A stretch of 64,000 bases of DNA. Source: Myxococcales bacterium. GTDB lineage: Bacteria > Myxococcota_A > Polyangia > Polyangiales > DASUME01. The DNA is taken from contig JASGJH010000001.1 in NCBI GenBank assembly GCA_047601445.1, positions 1,376,001-1,440,000 on the forward strand. Direction: 5' to 3'. The translations under genes and the position numbers were made by a program. The stretch's first letter is position 1, and every line of letters starts with the position of its first letter. The notes under the pieces were generated by a model. That model was given only the letters and a program-made list of their open reading frames with translations, had not been told where the DNA came from and ran no database searches. Below are positions 49,416 through 58,581 of the stretch, one piece after another.

Positions 49416-50930
49416 ATGTCTTCGAAGATTCCGTCGCCAGGGACCGTTCTAGGCGGCAAATACCGTGTCGTTCGTCTGCTCGGCGAAGGTGGCATGGGTG
49501 TGGTGCTCGAAGCGGAGAACGAGATCACCGGCAAGCGAGTCGCCGTCAAATGGTTGCATCCTGAGCTGGGCGAACACCCCGAGGGCGGACAGCGCCTGAT
49601 TCGTGAAGCTCAGGCGTCCTCCAAGGTTCGCCATCCGAACGTGGTCGACGTGTACGACATCGCCAAGGACGGCGATTCCATGTTCATCGTCATGGAGTTC
49701 CTCGAGGGCGAGACCCTGGAAGCGCTCTTGCAGCGCGGCAACGTGCCCATGTACGAGCTGATCGCCATGATCATCCCGGCCATGCGCGGTGTGCACGCGG
49801 CGCACAAGGTGGGCATCATCCACCGCGACATCAAGCCGGCCAACATCTTCCTCACGAACGAGGACGACATGCCCCGGCCGGTCCCGAAGGTGCTCGACTT
49901 CGGCATCTCCAAGATCAGCGATCCCAAGAGCCTGAGCCTGACCAAGACCGGCGCGGCCATGGGTACGCCCATGTACATGTCCTACGAGCAGCTCACGGGC
50001 GTGAAGGACCTCGACCATCGCACCGACGTGTATGCGTTCGGCGTCATCCTCTATGAGGCCATCACGGGTCAGGCGCCCTTCCAGGCCGAGACCTTCCCTC
50101 AGCTGGCCATCCAGATCGCGACCCAGGAGCCCACGCCGCCGCGGCAGGTGCGTGACGGCATCCCGCCGTCGCTCGAGAAGCTCGTGCAGAAGGCCATGGC
50201 CAAGCAGCGTGACGCGCGCATCCCGAACCTGCAGGCCTTCATCGACGAGCTCGAACCCTTCTCCACCGAGCGCGGCTTCCGCGAGCGCATGACGGACGGC
50301 GCGGCGCCCGTGCCGCTGGTTCCGGTGGCGACGAACCCCGAGGCCGAGACGCCCATCGCCAATGCGCCGAGCCGTCAGACCGAGCGCAACAAGCTCGAGC
50401 GCGACAGCATGGGGCGCGTGAGCATGCAGGTGGCTCCGACCATGCCGGGCTCCAGCTCGGACCAGGGTGGACAGCGCACCAAGCTGCTCATCGCCGCGGC
50501 GGCTGCCGTGGTGATCGGACTCGGAGCCTGGATCGCGCTGTCGGGGCCCAGTGACCCGCCCCCCGTGGCCGCGGCGCCGCCTAGCCTGCCCAGCACGCCC
50601 AACCCGACTGCCAATCAGCAGCCGCTGTCGGCCCAGCCCAAGGCCCAGGTCGCGGCGCCCGAACCGAAGCTCGACACCACCGCGCTGGCCCCCGAGCCCA
50701 CGCCGGCTCCGGTGACCGCTGCGGACGTTCAGACGGCTCAGCTCGGCAAGACTGGGGCCGCCGCGCCCCACGCGGTCGACGCCGCTTCGGAGAAGCGCCG
50801 CGAGCGCAAGGCCCGCAAGGACGCCGAGGCTGCCGCCGCCCCCGCCGTGGCCGCACCTGCAGCCGCTCCGGCAGCTTCGCCCTGCGGCAGCGGTCGCGCG
50901 GGCGTCGTGTGCAGCAGCGACTTCAAGTGA
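49416..50930 (+). CDS. Transmembrane Ser/Thr protein kinase
   Basis: LGEGGMG, VAVK, HRDIKPANIFL, DFGISK, GTPMYMSYEQ; one TM helix and a Pro/Ala-rich tail. Confidence 0.95.
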   Translation: MSSKIPSPGTVLGGKYRVVRLLGEGGMGVVLEAENEITGKRVAVKWLHPELGEHPEGGQRLIREAQASSKVRHPNVVDVYDIAKDGDSMFIVMEFLEGETLEALLQRGNVPMYELIAMIIPAMRGVHAAHKVGIIHRDIKPANIFLTNEDDMPRPVPKVLDFGISKISDPKSLSLTKTGAAMGTPMYMSYEQLTGVKDLDHRTDVYAFGVILYEAITGQAPFQAETFPQLAIQIATQEPTPPRQVRDGIPPSLEKLVQKAMAKQRDARIPNLQAFIDELEPFSTERGFRERMTDGAAPVPLVPVATNPEAETPIANAPSRQTERNKLERDSMGRVSMQVAPTMPGSSSDQGGQRTKLLIAAAAAVVIGLGAWIALSGPSDPPPVAAAPPSLPSTPNPTANQQPLSAQPKAQVAAPEPKLDTTALAPEPTPAPVTAADVQTAQLGKTGAAAPHAVDAASEKRRERKARKDAEAAAAPAVAAPAAAPAASPCGSGRAGVVCSSDFK

Positions 50931-50955
50931 GCCCGCGGCGCCCCGTTCGCCGCGC

Positions 50956-51774
50956 CTAGCGCTCGCGCAGGCGCTGCAGGACGCCGGGCAAAATCCGCTT
51001 GTAGAAGGTCTCGGGTGCCAGGCGCTTCGTGCGCCAGGCCCACTGGCCGTCCGCCATCGGCACGCAGTAGAGCTGACCTGCGTCACAGGCCCCGAGCGCC
51101 ACGCGCGCAACGTCCGGAGCCTGCAGCTTGGACTTGGCCATTAGCTTCTTGGCCAGCGCCTCGAGCTCGGGCCCACCCGAGGAGCGAGCGGCGTCGACGA
51201 TGTTGGTCTGGAAGAACGTGGGGCAGAGCGCCGTGATGCCTACGCCGAATGGGGCCAGCTCACTCGCGAGGGTCTCCGACAGCGCGATCACGCCCGCCTT
51301 GGTCACGTTGTAGGGCCCCATGTTGGCGCTGCTGAGCAGACCCGCGGCGGAGGCAACGTTCAGGATGTGCCCAGAGCGTTGCTTCTTCATGCGTGGAACG
51401 AAGGCATGGCAGCCGTGCACCACCCCCCACAGGTTGATCGAGAAGATCCACTTCCAGTCCGCGAGCGGTATGTCCCCGATGTCGCCGGACACCGCCACGC
51501 CCGCGTTGTTGACCAACAGATCCACGCCGCCGAAGGCCTGCTCGGCCCGCACGGCCAGGGCTTCGACCTGGGCCGCATCGGTCACGTCGCAGCGTTCGGT
51601 CTCGGCCTGGGCACCGAGCGCCACCACTTGGCGCGCCGTGTCCACCGCTGCGCCCAGGTCCAAGTCCGAGACCAGGATCCGCGCCTTTCGACGGGCGAGT
51701 TCGAGGCACAGGGCGCGGCCGAGTCCGCCGCCTGCCCCGGTGACGACGGCGCGTGGAGTGCTGGGTAAGGTCAT
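50956..51774 (-). CDS. Short-chain dehydrogenase/reductase
   Basis: TGAGGGLG, NNAGV, NVASAAG, YNVTK. Confidence 0.93.
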   Translation of the reverse strand: MTLPSTPRAVVTGAGGGLGRALCLELARRKARILVSDLDLGAAVDTARQVVALGAQAETERCDVTDAAQVEALAVRAEQAFGGVDLLVNNAGVAVSGDIGDIPLADWKWIFSINLWGVVHGCHAFVPRMKKQRSGHILNVASAAGLLSSANMGPYNVTKAGVIALSETLASELAPFGVGITALCPTFFQTNIVDAARSSGGPELEALAKKLMAKSKLQAPDVARVALGACDAGQLYCVPMADGQWAWRTKRLAPETFYKRILPGVLQRLRER

Positions 51775-51920
51775 GGCCGCGAGTCTAGCTCGCCTCACGG
51801 GCCGCCGAGAACCAGGCGGTTCTGCTCTCGACCTCCGTGGCCGCGGCCTCGTTCTTCTGTACGGCGCACGGCCTGTCCGGTGTGCATCCCTGCTTCGGTA
51901 CAACGAGCGCGGCAGCGACC

Positions 51921-53318
51921 TCAGGCCGGTTCGGCCAGTGGGTTCTGGGCTTGCGCCGAGCGACGCTTGGCCGAGAGCCGGAAGTACGCGAAACCGAGCG
52001 TCATCAAGGCCACGAACAGAGCGCCCACCAGCGGGTTGCTGTAGAGCATGGCGACCAGACACACCAAGGCCCCGAGCAGGGCAAAGCCCGGAAACCAGGG
52101 ATAGGCAGGCGCCAGAAAAGAGCGCTCCATGGCCGGCGCGCTCACGCGCAGCTTGAACAAGCTCGCCATGCTCAACACGTACATCGTGATCGCCCCGAAC
52201 ACGGACATGGTCACGATGTTGGCGGTCAGCGTCTGTCCGCCGAAGGAGATCAGCTCGTCGCTGTAGATGGCCGCCACCCCCACCAAACCGCCTGCCAGGA
52301 TGGCCCAGTGAGGCGTGCGAAAGCGGGCGTGCACGCGCCCCAAGCGAGACGGCAAGTAGCCCGCGCGCGCGAGCGCATAAATCTGTCGGGAGTAACCGAG
52401 GATGATCCCGTGGAACGATGCGATGAGCCCGAACAAGCCGAGCCACACCAACATGTGTAGCCAGCCGCTCTGCTCTCCGACGATCATCTTCATGGCTTGC
52501 GGCAGCGGATCGTTGATGTTGGCGAGCTTGCGCCAGTCGCCCGCGGCCCCGGCGAACACCATCACGCCGATGGCCAACACGACCAAGGTCAAGATGCCCG
52601 TGATGTACGCGATGGGGATGGAGCGCTTGGGAGTGCGCGCTTCCTCGGCCGCCATGGCCACGCCTTCGATGGCGAGGAAGAACCAGATCGCGAACGGAAT
52701 GGCCGCGAACATGCCCGGCAAGGCGGCGTCGGAGAACGTGTCCTGGCCTGCCCAGCCCGCGCGCACGAAGTTCGCGAGCGAGAAGCCTGGAGCCACCACG
52801 GCCATGAAGACGAGCAGCTCGAAGATGGCCAGTAGCGTGACGAAGAGCTCGAAGGTGGCGGCGATCTGCACACCCACCAGATTCAGCCCCATGAACACGA
52901 GGTAGGCGCTCACCGCGGCAGTCTTGGGATCCAGCCCGGGAAACTGCACGTTGAGATAGGCGCCGATGGCGAGGGCGATGGCTGGTGGAGCGAACACGAA
53001 CTCGATCAGCGTGGCGAACCCGGCCACGTAGCCTCCCAGTTCACCGAACGCGCGCCGGCTGTACTCGAAGGGTCCTCCCGCGTGGGGAATCGCCGTGGTC
53101 AGCTCCGTGAAGCTGAAGATGAAGGTGGTGTACATGAGCGCGACGAACGTCGAGGTCACCAAGAAGCCGAGCGTTCCAGCGGAGGCCCAGCCGTAGCTCC
53201 AACCGAAGTACTCGCCCGAGATCACGAGGCCCACCGCGATGCCCCACAGCTGCAGCGTGCCCAGGGACTTGCTCAGGGTCGGTGTCTCGGAGCTGGAGGT
53301 CCCTAGCGTGCTGTCCAT
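51921..53318 (-). CDS. eat: Ethanolamine permease (APC superfamily)
   Basis: LWGIAVGLVISGEYFGWSYGW, ELTTAIPHAGGP, PFAIWFFLAIEG, ASFHGII; about 12 TM helices. Confidence 0.9.
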   Translation of the reverse strand: MDSTLGTSSSETPTLSKSLGTLQLWGIAVGLVISGEYFGWSYGWASAGTLGFLVTSTFVALMYTTFIFSFTELTTAIPHAGGPFEYSRRAFGELGGYVAGFATLIEFVFAPPAIALAIGAYLNVQFPGLDPKTAAVSAYLVFMGLNLVGVQIAATFELFVTLLAIFELLVFMAVVAPGFSLANFVRAGWAGQDTFSDAALPGMFAAIPFAIWFFLAIEGVAMAAEEARTPKRSIPIAYITGILTLVVLAIGVMVFAGAAGDWRKLANINDPLPQAMKMIVGEQSGWLHMLVWLGLFGLIASFHGIILGYSRQIYALARAGYLPSRLGRVHARFRTPHWAILAGGLVGVAAIYSDELISFGGQTLTANIVTMSVFGAITMYVLSMASLFKLRVSAPAMERSFLAPAYPWFPGFALLGALVCLVAMLYSNPLVGALFVALMTLGFAYFRLSAKRRSAQAQNPLAEPA

Positions 53319-53439
53319 CGTCCCTCCCGGTCAATCCCGTGTCGCCTTCCGACAAGCTAGCCCATGAACGGGGCGGACGTCGACGACTTGACTGGGCCGC
53401 ACAACGCCCGCACTGCACTCTGACTCGAGCCTGTCTTGT

Positions 53440-53455
53440 TGCTTCCTGCGTCCCA
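53440..53455 (-). promoter_or_regulatory. Possible sigma54 promoter of eat
   Basis: Minus strand TGGGACGCAGGAAGCA, GG-N10-GC spacing. Confidence 0.25.
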
Positions 53456-53598
53456 GCCCTGGAACCACGTTTCGCGCATGCTTCCAACGCGATCCAAGTG
53501 CGCCGGCGCAAGCCTCCTTTTCGACCTCGCGGCGGCAGAACTATACTCTGCTCGTCTTACAGTCCGGGAAGTCGTCCGGCCGCTCCCCCGAGGGTCTC

Positions 53599-54804
53599 AT
53601 GCTCGACTTCCTGCGTCGGTTGTTCTTGACCGACGACTTCATGCCGCACGGACACTGCTACTTCTGGCGGCCCGAAATCGTCTGGCTCCACGTCACCTCG
53701 GACGCCATCGTGGCGCTCTCTTACACGACCATTCCGTTCACGCTCGGCTACTTCGTGCGCAAGCGACGGGATCTACCGTTCACCTGGATGTTCCTGTGCT
53801 TCGCCGCCTTCATCATCGCGTGCGGCGCCACGCACTACATGGAGATCTGGACCCTCTGGAATCCGGCTTACCGACTCTCCGGTGTGATCAAGGCGTTTAC
53901 CGCGTTGGTCTCGCTGCCGACCGCGTTCCTCCTCGTGCGCCTCGTGCCGAAGGCGCTGGCCATTCCCAGTCCCGCGGAGTTGCGACGGCTGAACGCCGAG
54001 CTCGCCACCACGGAGGCGGCCCTGCGTAGGAGCAACGCCGGGTTGGCGGCGGCCAACTCCGAGCTCGAGGCCTTCAGCTACTCGGTTGCGCACGATCTGC
54101 GAGCACCGCTGCGCCATATGGATGGCTTCGCACACATCCTGCTGGCGGATTACTCCCAAGAGATCGACGAGCAGGGACAGGATTGCCTGCAAGAAATCCG
54201 CGCGAGCGCCACCCGCATGGCCGTGCTCATCGACAGCTTGCTCGAGTTGTCGCGCGTAACGCGCAGTGATCTGAGCATCCGGAGCGTGAACTTGTCGGAG
54301 CTCGCACGTGCCTCGCTGATGCGCCTGCAGGCGTCCGCCCCCCAACGCGACGTGGAGCTCGTGATCGAGGAGGGGTTGCGAGTCGACGCGGACCCGGAGC
54401 TCGCCGCCGTGCTGATCGAAAACCTGCTCAACAACGCCTGGAAGTTCAGCAGCAAAGCGGCCAAACCTCGCATCGAGTTCGGCGCACGCAGCGAACACGG
54501 CGAGCGTGTGTTCTACGTGCGCGACAACGGCGCCGGCTTCGAGGAGGGCGCCGCCAAGCGCATGTTCGCAGCGTTTCAGCGCTTTCACGGGCTAACGGAA
54601 TTCCCGGGCACGGGCATCGGCCTGGCGACCGTGAAGCGCATCGTGCTGCGCCTCGGAGGCCGCGTGTGGGCGTCCGGCAAGGTCGGCGCGGGAGCAACCT
54701 TTTACTTCACCCTAGGTGCGGACGGAGAATTCAGTGGGCCCAATCTTCTTGGTAGAGGACAACCCGAGCGACGAGAAGCTCACGCTGATAGCGTTCCGGC
54801 GTAG
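53599..54804 (+). CDS. Histidine kinase with an N-terminal ETR1-type ethylene-binding domain
   Basis: SDAIVALSYTTIP, FIIACGATH, IKAFTALVS; then FSYSVAHDLRAPLR, NLLNNAWKF, DNGAGF, GTGIGLA. Confidence 0.9.
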   Translation: MLDFLRRLFLTDDFMPHGHCYFWRPEIVWLHVTSDAIVALSYTTIPFTLGYFVRKRRDLPFTWMFLCFAAFIIACGATHYMEIWTLWNPAYRLSGVIKAFTALVSLPTAFLLVRLVPKALAIPSPAELRRLNAELATTEAALRRSNAGLAAANSELEAFSYSVAHDLRAPLRHMDGFAHILLADYSQEIDEQGQDCLQEIRASATRMAVLIDSLLELSRVTRSDLSIRSVNLSELARASLMRLQASAPQRDVELVIEEGLRVDADPELAAVLIENLLNNAWKFSSKAAKPRIEFGARSEHGERVFYVRDNGAGFEEGAAKRMFAAFQRFHGLTEFPGTGIGLATVKRIVLRLGGRVWASGKVGAGATFYFTLGADGEFSGPNLLGRGQPERREAHADSVPA

Positions 54805-55165
54805 TGGCATCGCCAACGAGATCGTGGTGGCACGGGATGGCTCGGAGGCGCTCGACTACCTGTTCGCGGAAGGCGCGCATGCTGGGCGAGATCCGACCTT
54901 GCCCTCCGTCATGCTGCTCGACATCAACCTGCCCAAGGTGGATGGTCTCGAGGTCCTACGCCGCATCCGCGCGGACGCGCGCACTCGCCTCTTGCCGGTG
55001 GTGATCCTCACGTCGTCCAAGGAAGACGAGGACGTGCTTCAGGGATACGCGCTGGGGGCCAACGCCTACGTGCGCAAGCCAGTGGACTTCGAGCACTTCA
55101 CCAGAGCGGTGGCGACCCTCGGGCTATTCTGGCTCTTGATCAATGAGCGTCCTCCGCGAGCGTAG
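54734..55165 (+). CDS. Single-domain response regulator (Rcp1-like)
   Basis: GGAG before GTG 54734; LVEDNPSD, LLDINLPKVDG, ILTSS, GANAYVRKP. Confidence 0.92.
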   Translation: MGPIFLVEDNPSDEKLTLIAFRRSGIANEIVVARDGSEALDYLFAEGAHAGRDPTLPSVMLLDINLPKVDGLEVLRRIRADARTRLLPVVILTSSKEDEDVLQGYALGANAYVRKPVDFEHFTRAVATLGLFWLLINERPPRA

Positions 55166-55877
55166 GCAGCGCGAACACGATGCGCGTGCCGTGCGGTGAG
55201 CCCGCCTCGATCCAAGCCCGGCCTCCCAGACGCTCCACGCAGCGGCGTACCAGAGCGAGGCCCACTCCGCGCCCCGGGTGAGAGCCAGACGGAACCAGCC
55301 GCACGAAGAGTCCGAAAACTCGCTCACGGTCGACGGCAGGGATGCCGGGACCGTCATCCTGCACGCTGAACACAACCTCGCGTGCTCGCTGCTCCGCCGT
55401 CACCCGCACCTCGGCGGGCCGAGGGCAAAACTTGACGGCGTTGGAAAGGACCTGCAGCCAGATCTCGAGCAGCGACTCGGCATCGGCCAGGACCCGCGGT
55501 AGCGGCGTCGAAAAGACCAGCCCGGCGCCAGCGCACGTGAGCTCCGGCGCAAGCCTCCTGCGTGCTTCGTCGAGGCTCAACGCGGGGTCGATCAGCTGCG
55601 GCTGAGCGGGGCGCCTGGCTGCTCGCGCGTAGCGCTCGAGATCAGCCAGCATGCCCTGCATCTCGCGCGCGCCCTCACTCACGTGATCGAGGTAAGTCCG
55701 CGACTCCTCGGACAGCTCGTGCGGCGAACTCTGCAGCAAGAGTTCGGCAAAACCGACCACCGCGCGCAGCGGAGCGCGCATATCGTGGCCGATGACATGG
55801 AGCAGCTGCGAAAGCTCCCGCTCGCGCGCCTCGAGTGTCGCTCGCAAGGTCTGGATCTCGCCTTCTGCGTTCGACAT
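55140..55877 (-). CDS. Soluble histidine kinase without a sensor domain
   Basis: IGHDMRAPLR, SNAVKF, DDGPGI, GRGVGLA; about 25 aa coiled coil before the H-box. Confidence 0.85.
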   Translation of the reverse strand: MSNAEGEIQTLRATLEARERELSQLLHVIGHDMRAPLRAVVGFAELLLQSSPHELSEESRTYLDHVSEGAREMQGMLADLERYARAARRPAQPQLIDPALSLDEARRRLAPELTCAGAGLVFSTPLPRVLADAESLLEIWLQVLSNAVKFCPRPAEVRVTAEQRAREVVFSVQDDGPGIPAVDRERVFGLFVRLVPSGSHPGRGVGLALVRRCVERLGGRAWIEAGSPHGTRIVFALPTLAEDAH

Positions 55878-56096
55878 GCAGCCAGATGGTAGTCGAAGCA
55901 CCCGGCGCGTTGCGTGAGCATAAATTCCCCGCACTGCACCTTGCGCTCCTAGCCGAGGGACGGGACGGCGACGTCAGGTCTCGCGCTCGAACGAGGCGAC
56001 GTGCGTCATTGAGGCGTTTAGCAACACTTTCGGTGGCCGAGCCGCTGTCATATGGCGTAGCGTCTCCGTGGGGGTCAACGCGCGGGCTCAGGCCAC

Positions 56097-57488
56097 GTGT
56101 CGGGGATGGGAATGCCACCTGCTCGAGCTTCGGGAAGTGGTCAGCGTGGAACAGAGGGGCCACACGGCCGCGTGCTGTACGTCGACGAGGACGTGCTGTC
56201 GGCCCGTAGCGCCGCACGCGTGCTCGAGCGCGCCGGCTATCTCGTGGATGTGGTACGCAGTGCCAACTTCGCGCTCGATCAGATGGCCAAGCAGCACTAC
56301 GACGCGGTGTTGACTGAACTCACCATGTCCGAGATCGATGGCGCCCAGTTCATCTCCCGCGGGCACGCCCTACACCCCTCTGCAGTGTTCGTGGCGGTCA
56401 CCACCCACGAGGATCCCGAGGGCTACCTGACGCGCCTGCCGGAACGCTGCGTGGTCGGGGTATTGAACAAGCCCTGGACCGCGCCCGACTTGCTGGACAT
56501 GGTCGAGCGAGCCGTTCGCGTCAGCGCTCACCGCGGGCACATCAGCGCGCCGTCACGCTCCCTCCTCTTGCTGGAAGACCGCCTTTCGCAGACCGACCTC
56601 ATCCGAGCCTACCTCTTGCGCGGGGCGCCTCACTACTCGCTCACCTGCACGCCGACGTTGCGTGAAGCCCTCGAGCTACTGCGGCGCGAGCGCTTCGATC
56701 TCATCCTCACCGACCTCAACCTGCCGGACGCACGCGGACTCGACGCCGTGCGGCGTCTGTTCGCCTCCTCCGGGCTTCCCATCGTGGCGATGAGCGAGTC
56801 CATCGATCCGCTGATCGGCGCGCAAGCGCTCGAGCTCGGCGCGAGCGACTTCTTGCCCAAGGACGAGCTGAGTCCGAGGACGTTGAAGCGCATCCTGGAG
56901 CACTCGCTTTTGCGCGCCGAGGCACGGCGGCAGCTGGAGGAACTGGCCTTTCGCGACGCGCTCACCGGGCTCTCCAACGCCCGCTACCTGCGCGACCGCC
57001 TCGCGCTCGCGGTCTCGGGCAGTCGCCGCACGGGCAGCCCGTGCGCCTTGATCTTCGTCGACCTGGACGGCTTCAAGCCAGTGAACGACGCGTTTGGACA
57101 TGCAGCCGGTGACTTCGTTCTGCAGACCGTGGCGCGCCGGCTCGATCAGGAGTTGCGCGGTGTGGACACCCTGGCGCGAATCGGCGGCGATGAGTTCGCC
57201 GTGCTGCTGGAGGGCGTGGAGTCAGCGGAGGCGGTGACCGCTGTCGCAGCACGTTTGCTCAAGGTGATTGCAGAACCGGTGCCGTGGAAGCAGGACGAAT
57301 GCAGCGTGTCCGCCAGCGCCGGGATCGCACTCTACTCCGGCGCAGGCGACACCCCGGAGAGCCTGCTGCGCAGCGCGGACTCGAGCATGTACGAAGCCAA
57401 ACGACTGGGCCCGGGCCGCTTTGCGATCACGAGAGGCGGGCTCGCCCCGTGCCAACTGGGCGACGAGCCGCACGACGCGACCGGCTGA
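56097..57488 (+). CDS. REC-REC-GGDEF diguanylate cyclase
   Basis: Two receiver domains, DALTGLSN, DLDGFKPVND, RGVD I-site, ARIGGDEF. Start uncertain. Confidence 0.92.
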   Translation: MSGMGMPPARASGSGQRGTEGPHGRVLYVDEDVLSARSAARVLERAGYLVDVVRSANFALDQMAKQHYDAVLTELTMSEIDGAQFISRGHALHPSAVFVAVTTHEDPEGYLTRLPERCVVGVLNKPWTAPDLLDMVERAVRVSAHRGHISAPSRSLLLLEDRLSQTDLIRAYLLRGAPHYSLTCTPTLREALELLRRERFDLILTDLNLPDARGLDAVRRLFASSGLPIVAMSESIDPLIGAQALELGASDFLPKDELSPRTLKRILEHSLLRAEARRQLEELAFRDALTGLSNARYLRDRLALAVSGSRRTGSPCALIFVDLDGFKPVNDAFGHAAGDFVLQTVARRLDQELRGVDTLARIGGDEFAVLLEGVESAEAVTAVAARLLKVIAEPVPWKQDECSVSASAGIALYSGAGDTPESLLRSADSSMYEAKRLGPGRFAITRGGLAPCQLGDEPHDATG

Positions 57489-57543
57489 CCCGAAGCCTCG
57501 TGCTGCGCCGGCCGGCGCCCGTTCGGCGTGTTAGGAAGCCGGC

Positions 57544-58177
57544 ATGCCGACGACACTACTCTGGGACCACGACGGCGTGCTCGTGGACACCGAGGGCCTC
57601 TACTTCCAGGCCACCCGTGAGAATCCTCGCGCGCGTGGGCGTGGAGCTCGACGAAGCTCTGTACCGGGAGCTCTTCCTGGTCCAGGCACGAGGCGCCTGG
57701 CACCTCGCCGAAGCAGCCGGAGTGGACGCCGCCGTGCTCGAGCAGCTCAAGCACGCCCGCAACGAGCGCTATACCGAGCTCCTGCTGAGCCACGACGTGC
57801 TCGTTCCCGGTGTGCTCGGCATGCTCGACCGCCTGCGCGCGCACTATCGGATGGCCATCGTCACCAGCAGCCGCCGCGTGCACTTCGATGCCATCCATCG
57901 TACGAGCGGCTTGCCGGCCCGCTTCGAGTTGATCTTGGCGCGCGAGGACTACGAAAACTCGAAGCCCGACCCGGAGCCCTATCTCACGGCGCTGTCGCGG
58001 CTGAACGTCGCCGCCGGCGAGTGCCTGGTGATCGAGGACTCCGAGCGCGGCCTGAGCGCGGCCCACGCCGCGGGGATCCGGGCCTGGGCCTTGCCTTCAT
58101 CGCTGACGCGGGCTTCTTCGTTCGCGCTGGCAGAACGCCAGTTCGCGAGCCTCGCCGAGCTGGTGCAGGCGCTCTAG
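57544..58177 (+). pseudogene. HAD-family phosphatase, frameshifted at about 57622 (real or sequencing error)
   Basis: WDHDGVLVDTE in one frame; IVTSS, SKPDPEPY, IEDSERG in another. Removing one A from GAGAATCCTC gives EILARVG. Confidence 0.85.
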
Positions 58178-58561
58178 CTACTCGGGCCTCGAGAGCACGA
58201 CGTGACAGCTCTCGGAGCAGGTCTCGTCGATCTCGGTGGTCGTGGCCGTCCCCGTGCACGAGACGGGCATGTCGTTGGCCGACTTGCCCGCCAGCGTGAA
58301 CTTGCCGTCTTCGCCGACCTTCCCCGTGTAGGTCCCCAAGCTGTTCACCGTCAGGTCGCAGCCGCTCTGCGTCACGGTCACGTCCATCCCGATCAGGGCT
58401 GCGCCGCCGCAGTGGTCACTGATTTTCCAGGTACCCGCCAGTTGCGGACAGGCCGCTTCCTCCGGACCCGCGTCGGCCGCGCCTCCGTCCGAGTCGTCTC
58501 CACAGCCAAGCACCACGAGCGCCGTCCACAACACCCCGCTGCGACCTAGAACCAACTTCAT
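58178..58561 (-). CDS. Small Cys-rich lipoprotein
   Basis: Lipobox VLGC, several further Cys. Confidence 0.7.
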   Translation of the reverse strand: MKLVLGRSGVLWTALVVLGCGDDSDGGAADAGPEEAACPQLAGTWKISDHCGGAALIGMDVTVTQSGCDLTVNSLGTYTGKVGEDGKFTLAGKSANDMPVSCTGTATTTEIDETCSESCHVVLSRPE

Positions 58562-58581
58562 GTCCCCCCCTTGTCTCAATC

